A stretch of 64,000 bases of DNA from Candidatus Bathyarchaeota archaeon (GTDB taxonomy: Archaea; Thermoproteota; Bathyarchaeia; Bathyarchaeales; Bathycorpusculaceae): contig OY970280.1 in NCBI GenBank assembly GCA_963715865.1, positions 1,408,001-1,472,000 of the forward strand, read 5' to 3'. The notes under the pieces are model-generated. The model made no database searches and had not been told where the DNA came from. It worked only from the letters and a program-made list of their open reading frames with translations. Below, piece after piece: positions 28,536-37,742 of the stretch (its first letter is position 1; the number at the start of each line of letters is the position of its first letter). Made by a program: the position numbers and the translations under genes.

Positions 28536-29633
28536 ATGTTAAGCGAAAAAATTAGGCAAGTAACAAAAAAATACAATCCTAAAGAGATTCGAATAGGCGT
28601 TTTAGGTTCACACTCAGCACTTGAAATAGCTTCAGGCGCAAAACAAGAAGGTTTTGAAACTGTAGTCGTGTGCCAGAAGGGCAGAGAAAAAACCTACACC
28701 AAATATTACAAAAACATCTTTGATCATGTGCTGATGCTGGATAAATTCTCTAAAATGACAAGCCAGAGCAACGTGAAAAAACTCACCGATTTAAACACGA
28801 TTTTTGTTCCAAACCGCTCATTCTCAGTCTACGCTGGCTACGAGGCAATAGAGAACCAGTTCGCTGTGCCCTTGATGGGTAACAGGTCAATGCTCCGAAC
28901 AGAAGAACGCAACACACCAAGAAACCAGCTGTACCTGCTCCAGAAAGCTGGAATAGCAACACCGAAAACCTTCAAGTCACCTAGCGAAATTGACCGCTTA
29001 GCAATCATAAAAGTTCCAGAAAAAGAACGGGCAATTGAGCGAGCCTTTTTCTATGCTTCTTCGCCTGAAGAGTATGAGAAGACGGCGCAAAAACGCATAA
29101 AACAAGGCATAATTACCCCTGAAGCCCTGAAAAACTCAGTAATAGAAGAATACGTTATCGGCGCCAAATTCAACGCTAACCTGTTTTGGTCACCCTTAAC
29201 CGACGAAATCGATTTGCTCGGTTTTGACAGGCGCATCCAAACAGACCTTGACGGCGTCTTAGACCTGCCAGCTCAAGAGCAATTAGAGCTAAGCATTCCG
29301 ACGCAGAACATTGAAATCGGCCACATGGGAGCAACCATGCGTGAGAGCCAAATAGAAAAAATCTTTGAAGCCGCAGAAAAATTCGTCAACACATGCAAAA
29401 AAGAGTACCCGCCAGGAATGATAGGTCTATTCGCATTGCAAGGTGCAGTTACTAAGGACTTGGAATTCTACGTTTTCGATGTTAGCCCACGTGTTCCCGG
29501 TTGTCCATGCGTTGAACCCACTTCGCCTTACATGAAATACAAGTATGGAATGGAAGTTGGTCCAGGCAGACGCGTTGCTATGGAAGTTAAGCGTGCGGTT
29601 AAGGAAGGCAGGCTTGCGGAAGTGGTAACGTGA
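28536..29633 (+). CDS. purP: PurP-family ATP-grasp protein (DUF1246/DUF1297)
   Basis: GSHSALEI, FVPNRSF, GNR.MLR.EER, GFDRRIQT, EIGH, DVSPR. Confidence 0.85.
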   Translation: MLSEKIRQVTKKYNPKEIRIGVLGSHSALEIASGAKQEGFETVVVCQKGREKTYTKYYKNIFDHVLMLDKFSKMTSQSNVKKLTDLNTIFVPNRSFSVYAGYEAIENQFAVPLMGNRSMLRTEERNTPRNQLYLLQKAGIATPKTFKSPSEIDRLAIIKVPEKERAIERAFFYASSPEEYEKTAQKRIKQGIITPEALKNSVIEEYVIGAKFNANLFWSPLTDEIDLLGFDRRIQTDLDGVLDLPAQEQLELSIPTQNIEIGHMGATMRESQIEKIFEAAEKFVNTCKKEYPPGMIGLFALQGAVTKDLEFYVFDVSPRVPGCPCVEPTSPYMKYKYGMEVGPGRRVAMEVKRAVKEGRLAEVVT

Positions 29634-30715
29634 TAACCAGCACGAACATCGCCAAAATACTTGAAAAATACGACCAGAAAAAGCTAGCTATCGGCACTTT
29701 AGGCTCCCACAGCTCACTCAACATTTTCAAGGGCGCCAAAGAAGAAGGCTTCCGCACAGTATGCATCTGCAAAGAAAAAGACGCCATAATGTACAAGAAA
29801 TACCCGCTTGTTGACGAGTTAATCATCGTCAAAGACTTCACCGAACTCTTAAACGAGGCATTACAGGAAAGATTACGTAAGCTAAACGTTGTTTTGGTTC
29901 CGCATGGCTCATTTACCGCTTATTTGAGCACTGAAGAGTTAACAGACAGCCTTTTTGTGCCCATGTTTGGAAACCGCCAGTTGCTCCATTGGGAAGCAAA
30001 CCGCAAATCACAGGAAGAATGGCTAAGAAAAGCGGGACTACGCTTACCAGCAACATTCAAAACTCCCGAAGACATCGACCGCTTAATCATCGCTAAGCTA
30101 CCAGGTGCAAAAGGTGGCAGAGGCTACTTTTTGGCTAACTCGCCTAAGAGCTTTCATCAGAAATTTGATTTAATGGTTAAACGTGGCTTGCTTGCAAAAG
30201 ATGATTTAGGTAAGATTCACCTTCAAGAGTACGCTTTAGGCGTAAACGTTTATCCCAGCTACTTCAGTTCAATCCTAAACGATGACGTGGAGTTGCTCTG
30301 TGTTGACAGGCGTTATGAATCAGCCGTGGATTCCATTGGCAAAATTCCCGCAAGCGAACAACTTGAGATAGATGTTAATCCCACGTACACTATAGTAGGC
30401 AATTTTCCCATTGTACTCCGAGAATCATTGCTACCTGAACTGATGCGCATGGGAGACAACGTTCACAAAAAAGCCAGAGAGCTTGCTCCACCCGGAATTA
30501 TTGGACCATTCTGCCTTGAAACCGTAATAACAGACGACTTGAAAATTTTCACGTTCGAAATTTCAGCACGCATTGTTGCTGGAACTAACGTTGGCATCGG
30601 CACTTCACCCTACGCTTACCTAAAGTATGGCGAAAACATGTACATGGGCAGACGCATAGCTAAAGAAATAAAAGAAGCTAAAGAACAGAAAAGACTGAAG
30701 GACATTTTAGCTTAA
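29630..30715 (+). CDS. purP: Formate-phosphoribosylaminoimidazolecarboxamide ligase, PurP paralog
   Basis: GSHSSL, PHGSF, GAKGGRGYF, DRRYES, GPFCLE, FEISARIVAG. Confidence 0.9.
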   Translation: MITSTNIAKILEKYDQKKLAIGTLGSHSSLNIFKGAKEEGFRTVCICKEKDAIMYKKYPLVDELIIVKDFTELLNEALQERLRKLNVVLVPHGSFTAYLSTEELTDSLFVPMFGNRQLLHWEANRKSQEEWLRKAGLRLPATFKTPEDIDRLIIAKLPGAKGGRGYFLANSPKSFHQKFDLMVKRGLLAKDDLGKIHLQEYALGVNVYPSYFSSILNDDVELLCVDRRYESAVDSIGKIPASEQLEIDVNPTYTIVGNFPIVLRESLLPELMRMGDNVHKKARELAPPGIIGPFCLETVITDDLKIFTFEISARIVAGTNVGIGTSPYAYLKYGENMYMGRRIAKEIKEAKEQKRLKDILA

Positions 30716-30759
30716 AACTATATGCTGAGAAACTTATTACCTACCATTTTATAAAAGGG

Positions 30760-30972
30760 TTAGAGTGCGGTTATGTCTGTGATTTCGATGGCTGCTATTT
30801 TGCCTTTTTTGTCATAGTGGATTATTGTTTTTCCGTCGTTTGTCGGTTCGCCTTCAGTTGTGTCAGCGTTTTTGAATCGTATGTAGAGGTCGCCTATGTC
30901 CTCGTCGTAGTCGATGGTTATCACTGTCCGCGGCAGCTTCAAGCCGTATTTTGCTTCAATCTGCTCAAGCAC
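30760..30972 (-). CDS. DUF2283-domain protein (may start upstream at ATT 31014)
   Basis: IDYDEDIGDLYIRF...IIHYDKKGKIAAIEI. Confidence 0.75.
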   Translation of the reverse strand: MLEQIEAKYGLKLPRTVITIDYDEDIGDLYIRFKNADTTEGEPTNDGKTIIHYDKKGKIAAIEITDITAL

Positions 30973-31077
30973 TTTTCGGACATCAACATCTAGGAGGGTT
31001 CTAATTTTCTGAATGCCTTAGACCTCCTCATTTTTCTTATGGTACTCGTATAGTATTCGGTTCTTATATAGACTAAA

Positions 31078-31846
31078 CTAAGAAAGGCAAAACTCAACCA
31101 AACCCTCAAAGCATCGTCTGGTTTTGTTTTTCTTGTAAGCCTTCAACACGTCAATCAATTCCGACCTATTTCTTTCTCCAAAAATTTCAGCCAAAATCTT
31201 CGATGCGGTGCTGTTGCCTGCAAAAAGGTACTGGCAAACCGCTGTAACATTCGCCACTCTCCGCTCTACGCTGGCTGTTTCAAAATCAACAATAAAGGGC
31301 TTCTGTGTCTTGTCCACAAGCAAGTGTTTAGGTGCTTTGCTGAGTTCGCCATGGTCCAAGCCGACTTGGTCGAGTCTGAAGCATTGTTCTAAGACTTCCA
31401 TCAAAACTTGTTTCACTGCTGTTGTATCTTTGTTTGTTTTTAGCCAATTGGGAAGCAGGTCGCCGTCTATTAGCTGCATGAGAAGAAAGTTTTTGCTTGA
31501 TGCTATCAGTTTGGGAGCCACGTTTACTGTGTTCGCTTTAGATATCATTCTTGCTTCATGAAGCAGGTCGGCTCGGTCTGCGTCTGCCCTGCGAATTTTG
31601 ACAGCCACTCTCTTCCCATTCAGGTGCGCGATTACTACGATGCCGACAAAGCCCTTGCCCAAGACTGGAACCGCAACGCCAAACACGCTGGCTGTCCCCG
31701 AAAACTCAAGAGCCGTGACGCCGTGGCTGCGCAGTTCTTGGAGGCGACTTTGCAGTTCAGCTTCGCTGGGGTTCGGGAAGCAAAGAACCGAACGCGTAAG
31801 GTTCTTGGATCAGTTGGTCAACTGGGATGATTATGGGCTCTTTCAC
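31078..31846 (-). pseudogene. RIO-like archaeal Ser/Thr kinase with a +1 frameshift at ~31791
   Basis: GTG 31846 gives MKEPIIIPVDQLIQEPYA; removing one base continues SVLCFPNPSEAELQSRL...LGKGFVGIVV, VAVKIRR, HGELS, IVDFE. Confidence 0.75.
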
Positions 31847-31939
31847 CTGTCGCTTCCTTCTAGGCTGATGACTACTACGTCGGCGAGATTATAAATTTAA
31901 TAGGGCGACAACATTATTGGGATTCTGTTTGGTATAGCT

Positions 31940-34069
31940 ATGCCGAGATTCAAGCAGATACCACAGATTCAAGAGCTCATGGGTAGAAAAGAGCTTGTCC
32001 GAAACATAGGCATAATTGCTCATATTGACCATGGAAAAACCACGCTTGCCGACTCGCTCTTGGCGGGTGCTGGTTTGCTGTCTCCAGTGATGGCTGGTTC
32101 AGCTAGGGTGCTTGATTTTCTTGAGGAAGAGCAGAAACGCAAAATCACCATAAAAACAGCCAACATAACCCTGCTCATCAAAAACGAGGGCAACCCGTAC
32201 ATTATCAACCTTGTGGATACTCCAGGGCACGTGGATTTCACAGGCAAAGTCACCAGAGCCCTGCGGGTTATTGATGGTGCAGTGGTGGTTGTAGATGCTG
32301 TGGAGGAGATTATGGCTCAAACCGAAATTGTAACAAGGCAAGCGCTTGAGGAACGAGTTCAACCAGTACTTTTCATCAACAAGGTTGACCGGCTGATAAC
32401 CGAGTTGCAGCTAAACGAGGAGCAAATCCAAAAGAAACTTGACCGCATAATCAGCAGTTTCAATGACCTCATAGAACTTTATGGTGAAGATCCCTTCAAG
32501 AGCCAGTGGAAAGTTGGCGCTTCATTGGGCAATGTGGTTTTTGGGGCAGCGTTGCATGGTTGGGGCTTCACGTTAAATATGGCAAAGCAGAAGGGCATAA
32601 AGTTTTCAGACATAATAAAAGCTTACGCAAAACGTGAAGAGGAGAAACTGAAAAAAACTCTGCCAGTTTACGAAGCAGTTTTTGAAATGGCAATCAAGAA
32701 GATTCCAAATCCACGACAAGCGCAAGCGTACCGAATCGAGAAGATTTGGGATGGGCATATCAACTCGCAGATTGGCAAAGCGCTGGTTAAATGTGGTGAT
32801 GATGGGCCAACTGTTTTTTGTGTAACCAACGTGCATTCTGAAGCGAACGGCGGCACTGTTGCCACAGGCAGACTGTTTTCAGGCAAAGTTCAGAAAGGTG
32901 ATAGGCTGCATCTTGTCGATGCTTTAGCTGAAACAGTGGTTAATCAAGTCGCTATTGACATGGGCTCATTCAGAGAAGAAGTCAACTCGGTTCCAGCGGG
33001 TAATTTAGCTTCTTTAACTTTGACTGGTACGGTTAAGGCTGGCGAAACCCTCGTTGACTTAGCGCATAAAGAGGGCATGGTTCCTTTTGAAGGCATAAGC
33101 TACGTCTCAGAACCCGTGGTAACTTTGGCAATTGAACCAAAAAACCCCAAGGATATCCCAGTTTTGCTTGAGGGATTGGAGAAACTTGCAAGTGAAGACC
33201 CAAATCTTAAGGTGACGGCGGATAGGGAAACTGGCGAGTACCTGCTAAGCGGGATGGGTGAATTGCATCTAGAAGTCGCCATCAACCAGCTAAAAAGTTG
33301 TTGCGGCTTGGAGGTTGGGGTTTCTTCGCCTAGGGTCGTTTACATGGAAAGCGTTGAGAAAAAGGGAATTGTTGCTCTGGCGAAGAGTCCAAATAAACTG
33401 GATAGTTTTTGGGTGCAGGTTGAGCCTGAGCAAGAGGAACAAGCAAAGCGAACAAAGAAAAGTGAAGAATCAGGCAGTATTCTTTCGGTTGATGAGTATC
33501 GAAACGTGCTTTTAGATTGCAGTGGAAAAACTCAGCAAGTCTCTGAAGAGGTTTTGGAGGCTATTATTGCAGGGTTTGAATTTGCTTGCAAGGCTGGCCC
33601 GTTGTGTGGTGAACCAGTTCGGCATTTGAAGGTGAACTTGGTTGATTTCCAACTAAGCGAGGAATTTAATTCTGTTGAAGTTATGCGTGGAGTGGGCAAG
33701 GCAGTTTTTGGTTCTTTCTTGACGGCTAAGCCTTTTTTGTTGGAGCCTGTTTATAAGACGATTATTTCTGTTGCATCCGAATTGGCAGGTGAAGGCTCAA
33801 GAATATTGAGTAGCAGGCGTGGGAAAGTCAGTTCGTTTGAACAGAAAGGACTTCTAACAGTTATCAGCGGCTTTATTCCAGTTTCTGAAACCTTCGGGTT
33901 CTCAAAGGAACTGCGGTCTGCAACGTCTGGCAGGGCTTTTTGGCAATCTTTTTTTGATCATTGGGAAAAAATGCCCCAAAAATTGGCTTTGCAGGTCATA
34001 AGTGATTTGCGCCAGAGTAAAGGTCTTGCAGCGCAAGTGCCTAAGCCAGAAAAGTTTCTGGAGCAGTAG
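31940..34069 (+). CDS. Elongation factor 2 paralog (aEF-2p type, no diphthamide loop)
   Basis: AHIDHGKTT, DTPGHVDF, NKVD, GMGELHLE, LRSATSGRA; domain IV reads VDFQLSEEFNSVEV with no HRG motif. Confidence 0.88.
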   Translation: MPRFKQIPQIQELMGRKELVRNIGIIAHIDHGKTTLADSLLAGAGLLSPVMAGSARVLDFLEEEQKRKITIKTANITLLIKNEGNPYIINLVDTPGHVDFTGKVTRALRVIDGAVVVVDAVEEIMAQTEIVTRQALEERVQPVLFINKVDRLITELQLNEEQIQKKLDRIISSFNDLIELYGEDPFKSQWKVGASLGNVVFGAALHGWGFTLNMAKQKGIKFSDIIKAYAKREEEKLKKTLPVYEAVFEMAIKKIPNPRQAQAYRIEKIWDGHINSQIGKALVKCGDDGPTVFCVTNVHSEANGGTVATGRLFSGKVQKGDRLHLVDALAETVVNQVAIDMGSFREEVNSVPAGNLASLTLTGTVKAGETLVDLAHKEGMVPFEGISYVSEPVVTLAIEPKNPKDIPVLLEGLEKLASEDPNLKVTADRETGEYLLSGMGELHLEVAINQLKSCCGLEVGVSSPRVVYMESVEKKGIVALAKSPNKLDSFWVQVEPEQEEQAKRTKKSEESGSILSVDEYRNVLLDCSGKTQQVSEEVLEAIIAGFEFACKAGPLCGEPVRHLKVNLVDFQLSEEFNSVEVMRGVGKAVFGSFLTAKPFLLEPVYKTIISVASELAGEGSRILSSRRGKVSSFEQKGLLTVISGFIPVSETFGFSKELRSATSGRAFWQSFFDHWEKMPQKLALQVISDLRQSKGLAAQVPKPEKFLEQ

Positions 34070-34074
34070 CATCT

Positions 34075-34935
34075 ATGCGGCTTGATGTTTCGTTTGATTT
34101 GGATTTTTCGCTTTGTTGTGGGCAGGTTTTCAGGTGGAAGAAGATCGGCGGATGGTGGTATGGCGTTGTCGGCGAAAGCGTGTTTAAGATTCGCCAACTT
34201 GGCGCTGAGTTGGATTTTGAGAACGTAAGCGAGAAGTTTGTGACATGTTATTTTGGTTTAAATGATGATTTGGAACAAATCAGTTGTTGCATTGGCAGGG
34301 ATGATTACATCAGGAAGGCTTTGCGCAGGTTTGTGGGGTTGCGGATTGTTCGGCAGGATCCTTGGGAATGCCTTATCAGCTTTATCTGCGCAACCTACAA
34401 GAGTATTGCCGCTATCGAACTGATGCTTAGTAAGCTTTCCTTGAAGTTTGGGGAAAGGAAGATTTTTGACGGATTAGATTTTTACACTTTCCCAACCGAT
34501 GGCAAACTGGCTTTTGCAAGCGAGAACGGATTGCGAGAGTGCGGTTTAGGCTACAGGGCGAAGTACGTGCAGGCAACAGCCAAAAAAATCTACGAGAGCA
34601 AAATTGAACTTGAAAGCTTGAAGACCCTGCCCTATCTAGAAGCTAGGAAAACGCTTGTTGAGTTTCCAGGGGTTGGCTTAAAAGTGGCTGATTGCGTGCT
34701 GCTGTTTTCGCTTGAAAAACTGGAAGCTTTCCCAGTGGACGTTTGGGTTAAACGTGTAATCCTGAACCATTATGCAAACCTGTTTCCAGAAGCCCTTGTA
34801 AAAAAATTATCAGCCCACGAATCCCTAAGCAACAGCGAATACGAAAAGCTTAACGCTTTTGGCAGAAGCTATTTTGGAAAATACGCTGGTTACGCTCAAG
34901 AATATCTATATCATTACGAAAGAACACAGCGTTGA
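34075..34935 (+). CDS. ogg: 8-oxoguanine DNA glycosylase/AP lyase (OGG1-like)
   Basis: CGQVFRW, RQDPWECLISFI, GLGYRAKY, HhH-GPD PGVGLKVADC...FPVDVW. Confidence 0.92.
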   Translation: MRLDVSFDLDFSLCCGQVFRWKKIGGWWYGVVGESVFKIRQLGAELDFENVSEKFVTCYFGLNDDLEQISCCIGRDDYIRKALRRFVGLRIVRQDPWECLISFICATYKSIAAIELMLSKLSLKFGERKIFDGLDFYTFPTDGKLAFASENGLRECGLGYRAKYVQATAKKIYESKIELESLKTLPYLEARKTLVEFPGVGLKVADCVLLFSLEKLEAFPVDVWVKRVILNHYANLFPEALVKKLSAHESLSNSEYEKLNAFGRSYFGKYAGYAQEYLYHYERTQR

Positions 34936-35014
34936 ACCGTTCGGTTGCTTAGTGAAAATGTCGGAAAATGTTTAAATCTGGTATGAAACGCAATATTAAG
35001 GAGAATAGCATGGC

Positions 35015-35116
35015 GGGCCCGTAGCTCAGTCAGGTCAGAGCGCCAGGCTCATAAGCTCCTAAACAGGGGAATGAGAAACCTGTTGGTCGGGAGTCCGAAT
35101 CTCCCCGGGCCCACCA
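35015..35116 (+). tRNA. tRNA with CAU anticodon (probably Ile2, possibly Met) and a 24-nt canonical intron at 35054-35077
   Basis: Acceptor stem GGGCCCG/CGGGCCC, A73, encoded CCA; CAT at 35050-35052; CTCA pairs with intron TGAG (BHB-like); the GGGCCC acceptor resembles archaeal Ile tRNAs. Confidence 0.88.
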
Positions 35117-35140
35117 CTACGCATTAGAGAGCTATTACGC

Positions 35141-35653
35141 ATGGGTGAAGCTAACTCGCAAGCAAATTACGCTTACCAGATGGTTAAATTTGTTAAAAAC
35201 CATCAGTTATCAATCGGGCTATTGCTGACTATTTTCGGGGTAGCTGACTTATGGTTTATTATGCCAAACATTTGGAGCAGCGCAGCAAATTGGCAGGGCT
35301 TCTACTTTTTAATGCCCCAGTGGAGTGTTACTATTCCTTTCCTTTTCATAATAAGCCTCATCGGAATCATAATATTATGCGTGTATAGCATAAGGGACAT
35401 ACAACCGGAAAAAACGGATAATAAAGAACACACCGCAATACTAGTAACAGCTCTCGGATTCACCTATCAAGTGATTGGAGCATGGCCTCTATGGAATCAA
35501 CTATATCCATGGCCATGGCAACAAGAAATCGCAAAATATGGGAATCTTCTTGTCTTGCCACTTTTCATCGGTAGCCTCTTAGCACTAATAATCGGAGCCG
35601 CCTCACTATACATTCACAGCAAAATAAACCATGAAAAACACCCTGAACTTTAA
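35141..35653 (+). CDS. Hypothetical multi-TM membrane protein
   Basis: Four hydrophobic segments. Confidence 0.65.
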   Translation: MGEANSQANYAYQMVKFVKNHQLSIGLLLTIFGVADLWFIMPNIWSSAANWQGFYFLMPQWSVTIPFLFIISLIGIIILCVYSIRDIQPEKTDNKEHTAILVTALGFTYQVIGAWPLWNQLYPWPWQQEIAKYGNLLVLPLFIGSLLALIIGAASLYIHSKINHEKHPEL

Positions 35654-35792
35654 AACGAAAAACGTAAAGCAACACTAGTTATCAAACATGCAACTCTTAT
35701 CCTAAAAAACAGAATACCACGTACATCCTAAGCCTTAATGTACGTAGTAATCAATCGGAATTTTCTGTGTAAGCTTATTCTTAGTGTATAGT

Positions 35793-36548
35793 TTAACTTG
35801 ATGGTTGTTTAGTGAGTGCTGGAATTTTCCACAGCCTATTGAATAGTACTGTACCGATTATCCATGCCAGTGCTATTCCTGCGATTTCGTCTGCGATATA
35901 GTGCTGTTTAATGAACAATGCTGATAGAATTACGCCTGCGGCAATAACGAGTGCTGCAACCGTCACTGCTTTAGTGATTTTGCCTGGCTTAATTTTCGCA
36001 TATTGGAACCATGTGAAGAAGCAAATCGTTGATACGGCTGCGTGCAAGCTGGGGAAGCAGTTGAAAGAAGTGTCGCCTGCGAATACATTGTATACTTGGG
36101 TTGCCCAAAAGTTGCCCACCATTGGATTAGCTAGGAGGTTTTGACGGTACCAATATGTTGAAACTGGGAAAACGATGTAAATCAGTACAGCGATGGCGTT
36201 TATTGCGACCAGTGACCAGCCTAACGCGTAACCCTTTCTGTATTCAACGAAAGCGAAGTAAAGCATGGTCAGAATAACCAGCGGATAGAACAGGTAAACA
36301 TAAAAGATTACCATTTGAGGCACAAAGGGGATTGCGTTATCTAAGCCAGTGTCTAATCGGAAGCCTGAGCCAGCAGGGTACAATTGCCCAGTCCAGTCAT
36401 ACGTAAAATTGTTAAGCAACAGGTAAAACAGCACAAGCATCAAAACAACATTGCCAATTACAAAGGTTAGATACACGCTTTTTCTGCTGGATTTGCCATG
36501 GAAGAACGTTTTTTCAAATGCGGTTTGGAATCTGTCGTGAAGCCCCAA
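35793..36548 (-). CDS. PAP2-superfamily membrane protein (Aur1/IPC-synthase-like)
   Basis: NCFPSLHAA and KQHYIAD motifs. Confidence 0.85.
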   Translation of the reverse strand: MGLHDRFQTAFEKTFFHGKSSRKSVYLTFVIGNVVLMLVLFYLLLNNFTYDWTGQLYPAGSGFRLDTGLDNAIPFVPQMVIFYVYLFYPLVILTMLYFAFVEYRKGYALGWSLVAINAIAVLIYIVFPVSTYWYRQNLLANPMVGNFWATQVYNVFAGDTSFNCFPSLHAAVSTICFFTWFQYAKIKPGKITKAVTVAALVIAAGVILSALFIKQHYIADEIAGIALAWIIGTVLFNRLWKIPALTKQPSS

Positions 36549-36634
36549 GACTGGCGTTCCCCTTAGGCACGGCTTATGTTAAGGCTAAATATAAAAACGT
36601 AATTATGCTTGAAACTGCAAGCGTTTTAGGAAAT

Positions 36635-37117
36635 TTAACTTGGGTTTAACTTTAAAACTAACGCTGCAACCCTTTTTCCGAGTTTCTCGCATTCTGCAAG
36701 GTCTCTTTTCTTAGGTGCACCCGTGACGGCGACGCCGTAATGCTTATCGTCTGCTCTGCCTTGAACAATCATCCCGTGAATAAGCATCGCCTGCACAATG
36801 GACAGCAACGTGGTTTCGGCACCTGAAGCTGTTCCGCCGCTGCTTGTGAAGGCGCCGCCAACTTTGCCTGTTAGTTCTTTATGAACTTTCACCGACTCGT
36901 CAATGAGCGCTTTAAGTTTGGCGGACATTTGCCCAAAATACGTTGGCGACCCCATAATTATGCCGTCCGCAGCAAGAAGGTCGCTGTTTTTTGTTTCCTC
37001 AGCCCTCTTCACCGTAATCTCCAAATCGCCTGCTTGTTCAGCGCCTTTTGCCACAGCTAAAGCCATAGTTTCAGTGTTACCAGAATTTGAATCATAAACA
37101 ACCAAAATCTTAGGCAT
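36635..37117 (-). CDS. WrbA/flavodoxin family NAD(P)H-dependent oxidoreductase
   Basis: YDSNSGNTETMA, GSPTYFG, GKVGGAF, GAETTL. Confidence 0.9.
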   Translation of the reverse strand: MPKILVVYDSNSGNTETMALAVAKGAEQAGDLEITVKRAEETKNSDLLAADGIIMGSPTYFGQMSAKLKALIDESVKVHKELTGKVGGAFTSSGGTASGAETTLLSIVQAMLIHGMIVQGRADDKHYGVAVTGAPKKRDLAECEKLGKRVAALVLKLNPS

Positions 37118-37124
37118 AACTTTT

Positions 37125-37712
37125 TCACCTTACAATTTCCCTGATTATTTCATCAACCATCATTATCTTAGCATTATAAACATATTCCAGGTATTTTAGA
37201 CCCTGTTCCTGATCCTCTTGGGTGAATGCTTCTACTCCGTCTTTAGCGATAACTATGTGGTATCCTCTGAAGAAAGCGTCAGCAGCCGTATGGCGCACGC
37301 ACATATGTGTATGCAAACCTCCGAGCACCACTGTTTTTACGCCTTCACCCTTGTAAAGGCTCCGCAGAAGCGGATCTAGGCCTGTCTCGTAGAAGCCGCT
37401 GTAAGTTCGCTTCTCCACAATGTAATCCTTGGCTTTGTCAGGCTCAAGTTCAGGAATAACCTGCGCACCCAGTGTGCCTTTTATGGCGTGGTTACCCCAT
37501 TTTCGCGTAACCTCAACGTCCTGAGGGTAATGAGCATCATTACTGTAGATAACTGGGACGTCGTTTTTGCGTGCCGCAGTAACAAGCCTTTGCAGCGGCG
37601 AGATGATAGTTTTTGCACGCTTAACTTCAAGCGCTCCGGTGACGAAGTCATTTAACATGTCAACGAGTATAATGACTGGTCTATCCAAAACGTTCACTCT
37701 CAACAAAAACAA
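37125..37712 (-). CDS. Isochorismatase-family cysteine hydrolase
   Basis: VDMLNDF, EKRTYSGF, THMCVRHTA. Confidence 0.92.
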   Translation of the reverse strand: MFLLRVNVLDRPVIILVDMLNDFVTGALEVKRAKTIISPLQRLVTAARKNDVPVIYSNDAHYPQDVEVTRKWGNHAIKGTLGAQVIPELEPDKAKDYIVEKRTYSGFYETGLDPLLRSLYKGEGVKTVVLGGLHTHMCVRHTAADAFFRGYHIVIAKDGVEAFTQEDQEQGLKYLEYVYNAKIMMVDEIIREIVR

Positions 37713-37742
37713 ATCATGTTTTACAGTCTATTTAGTTTTGCC

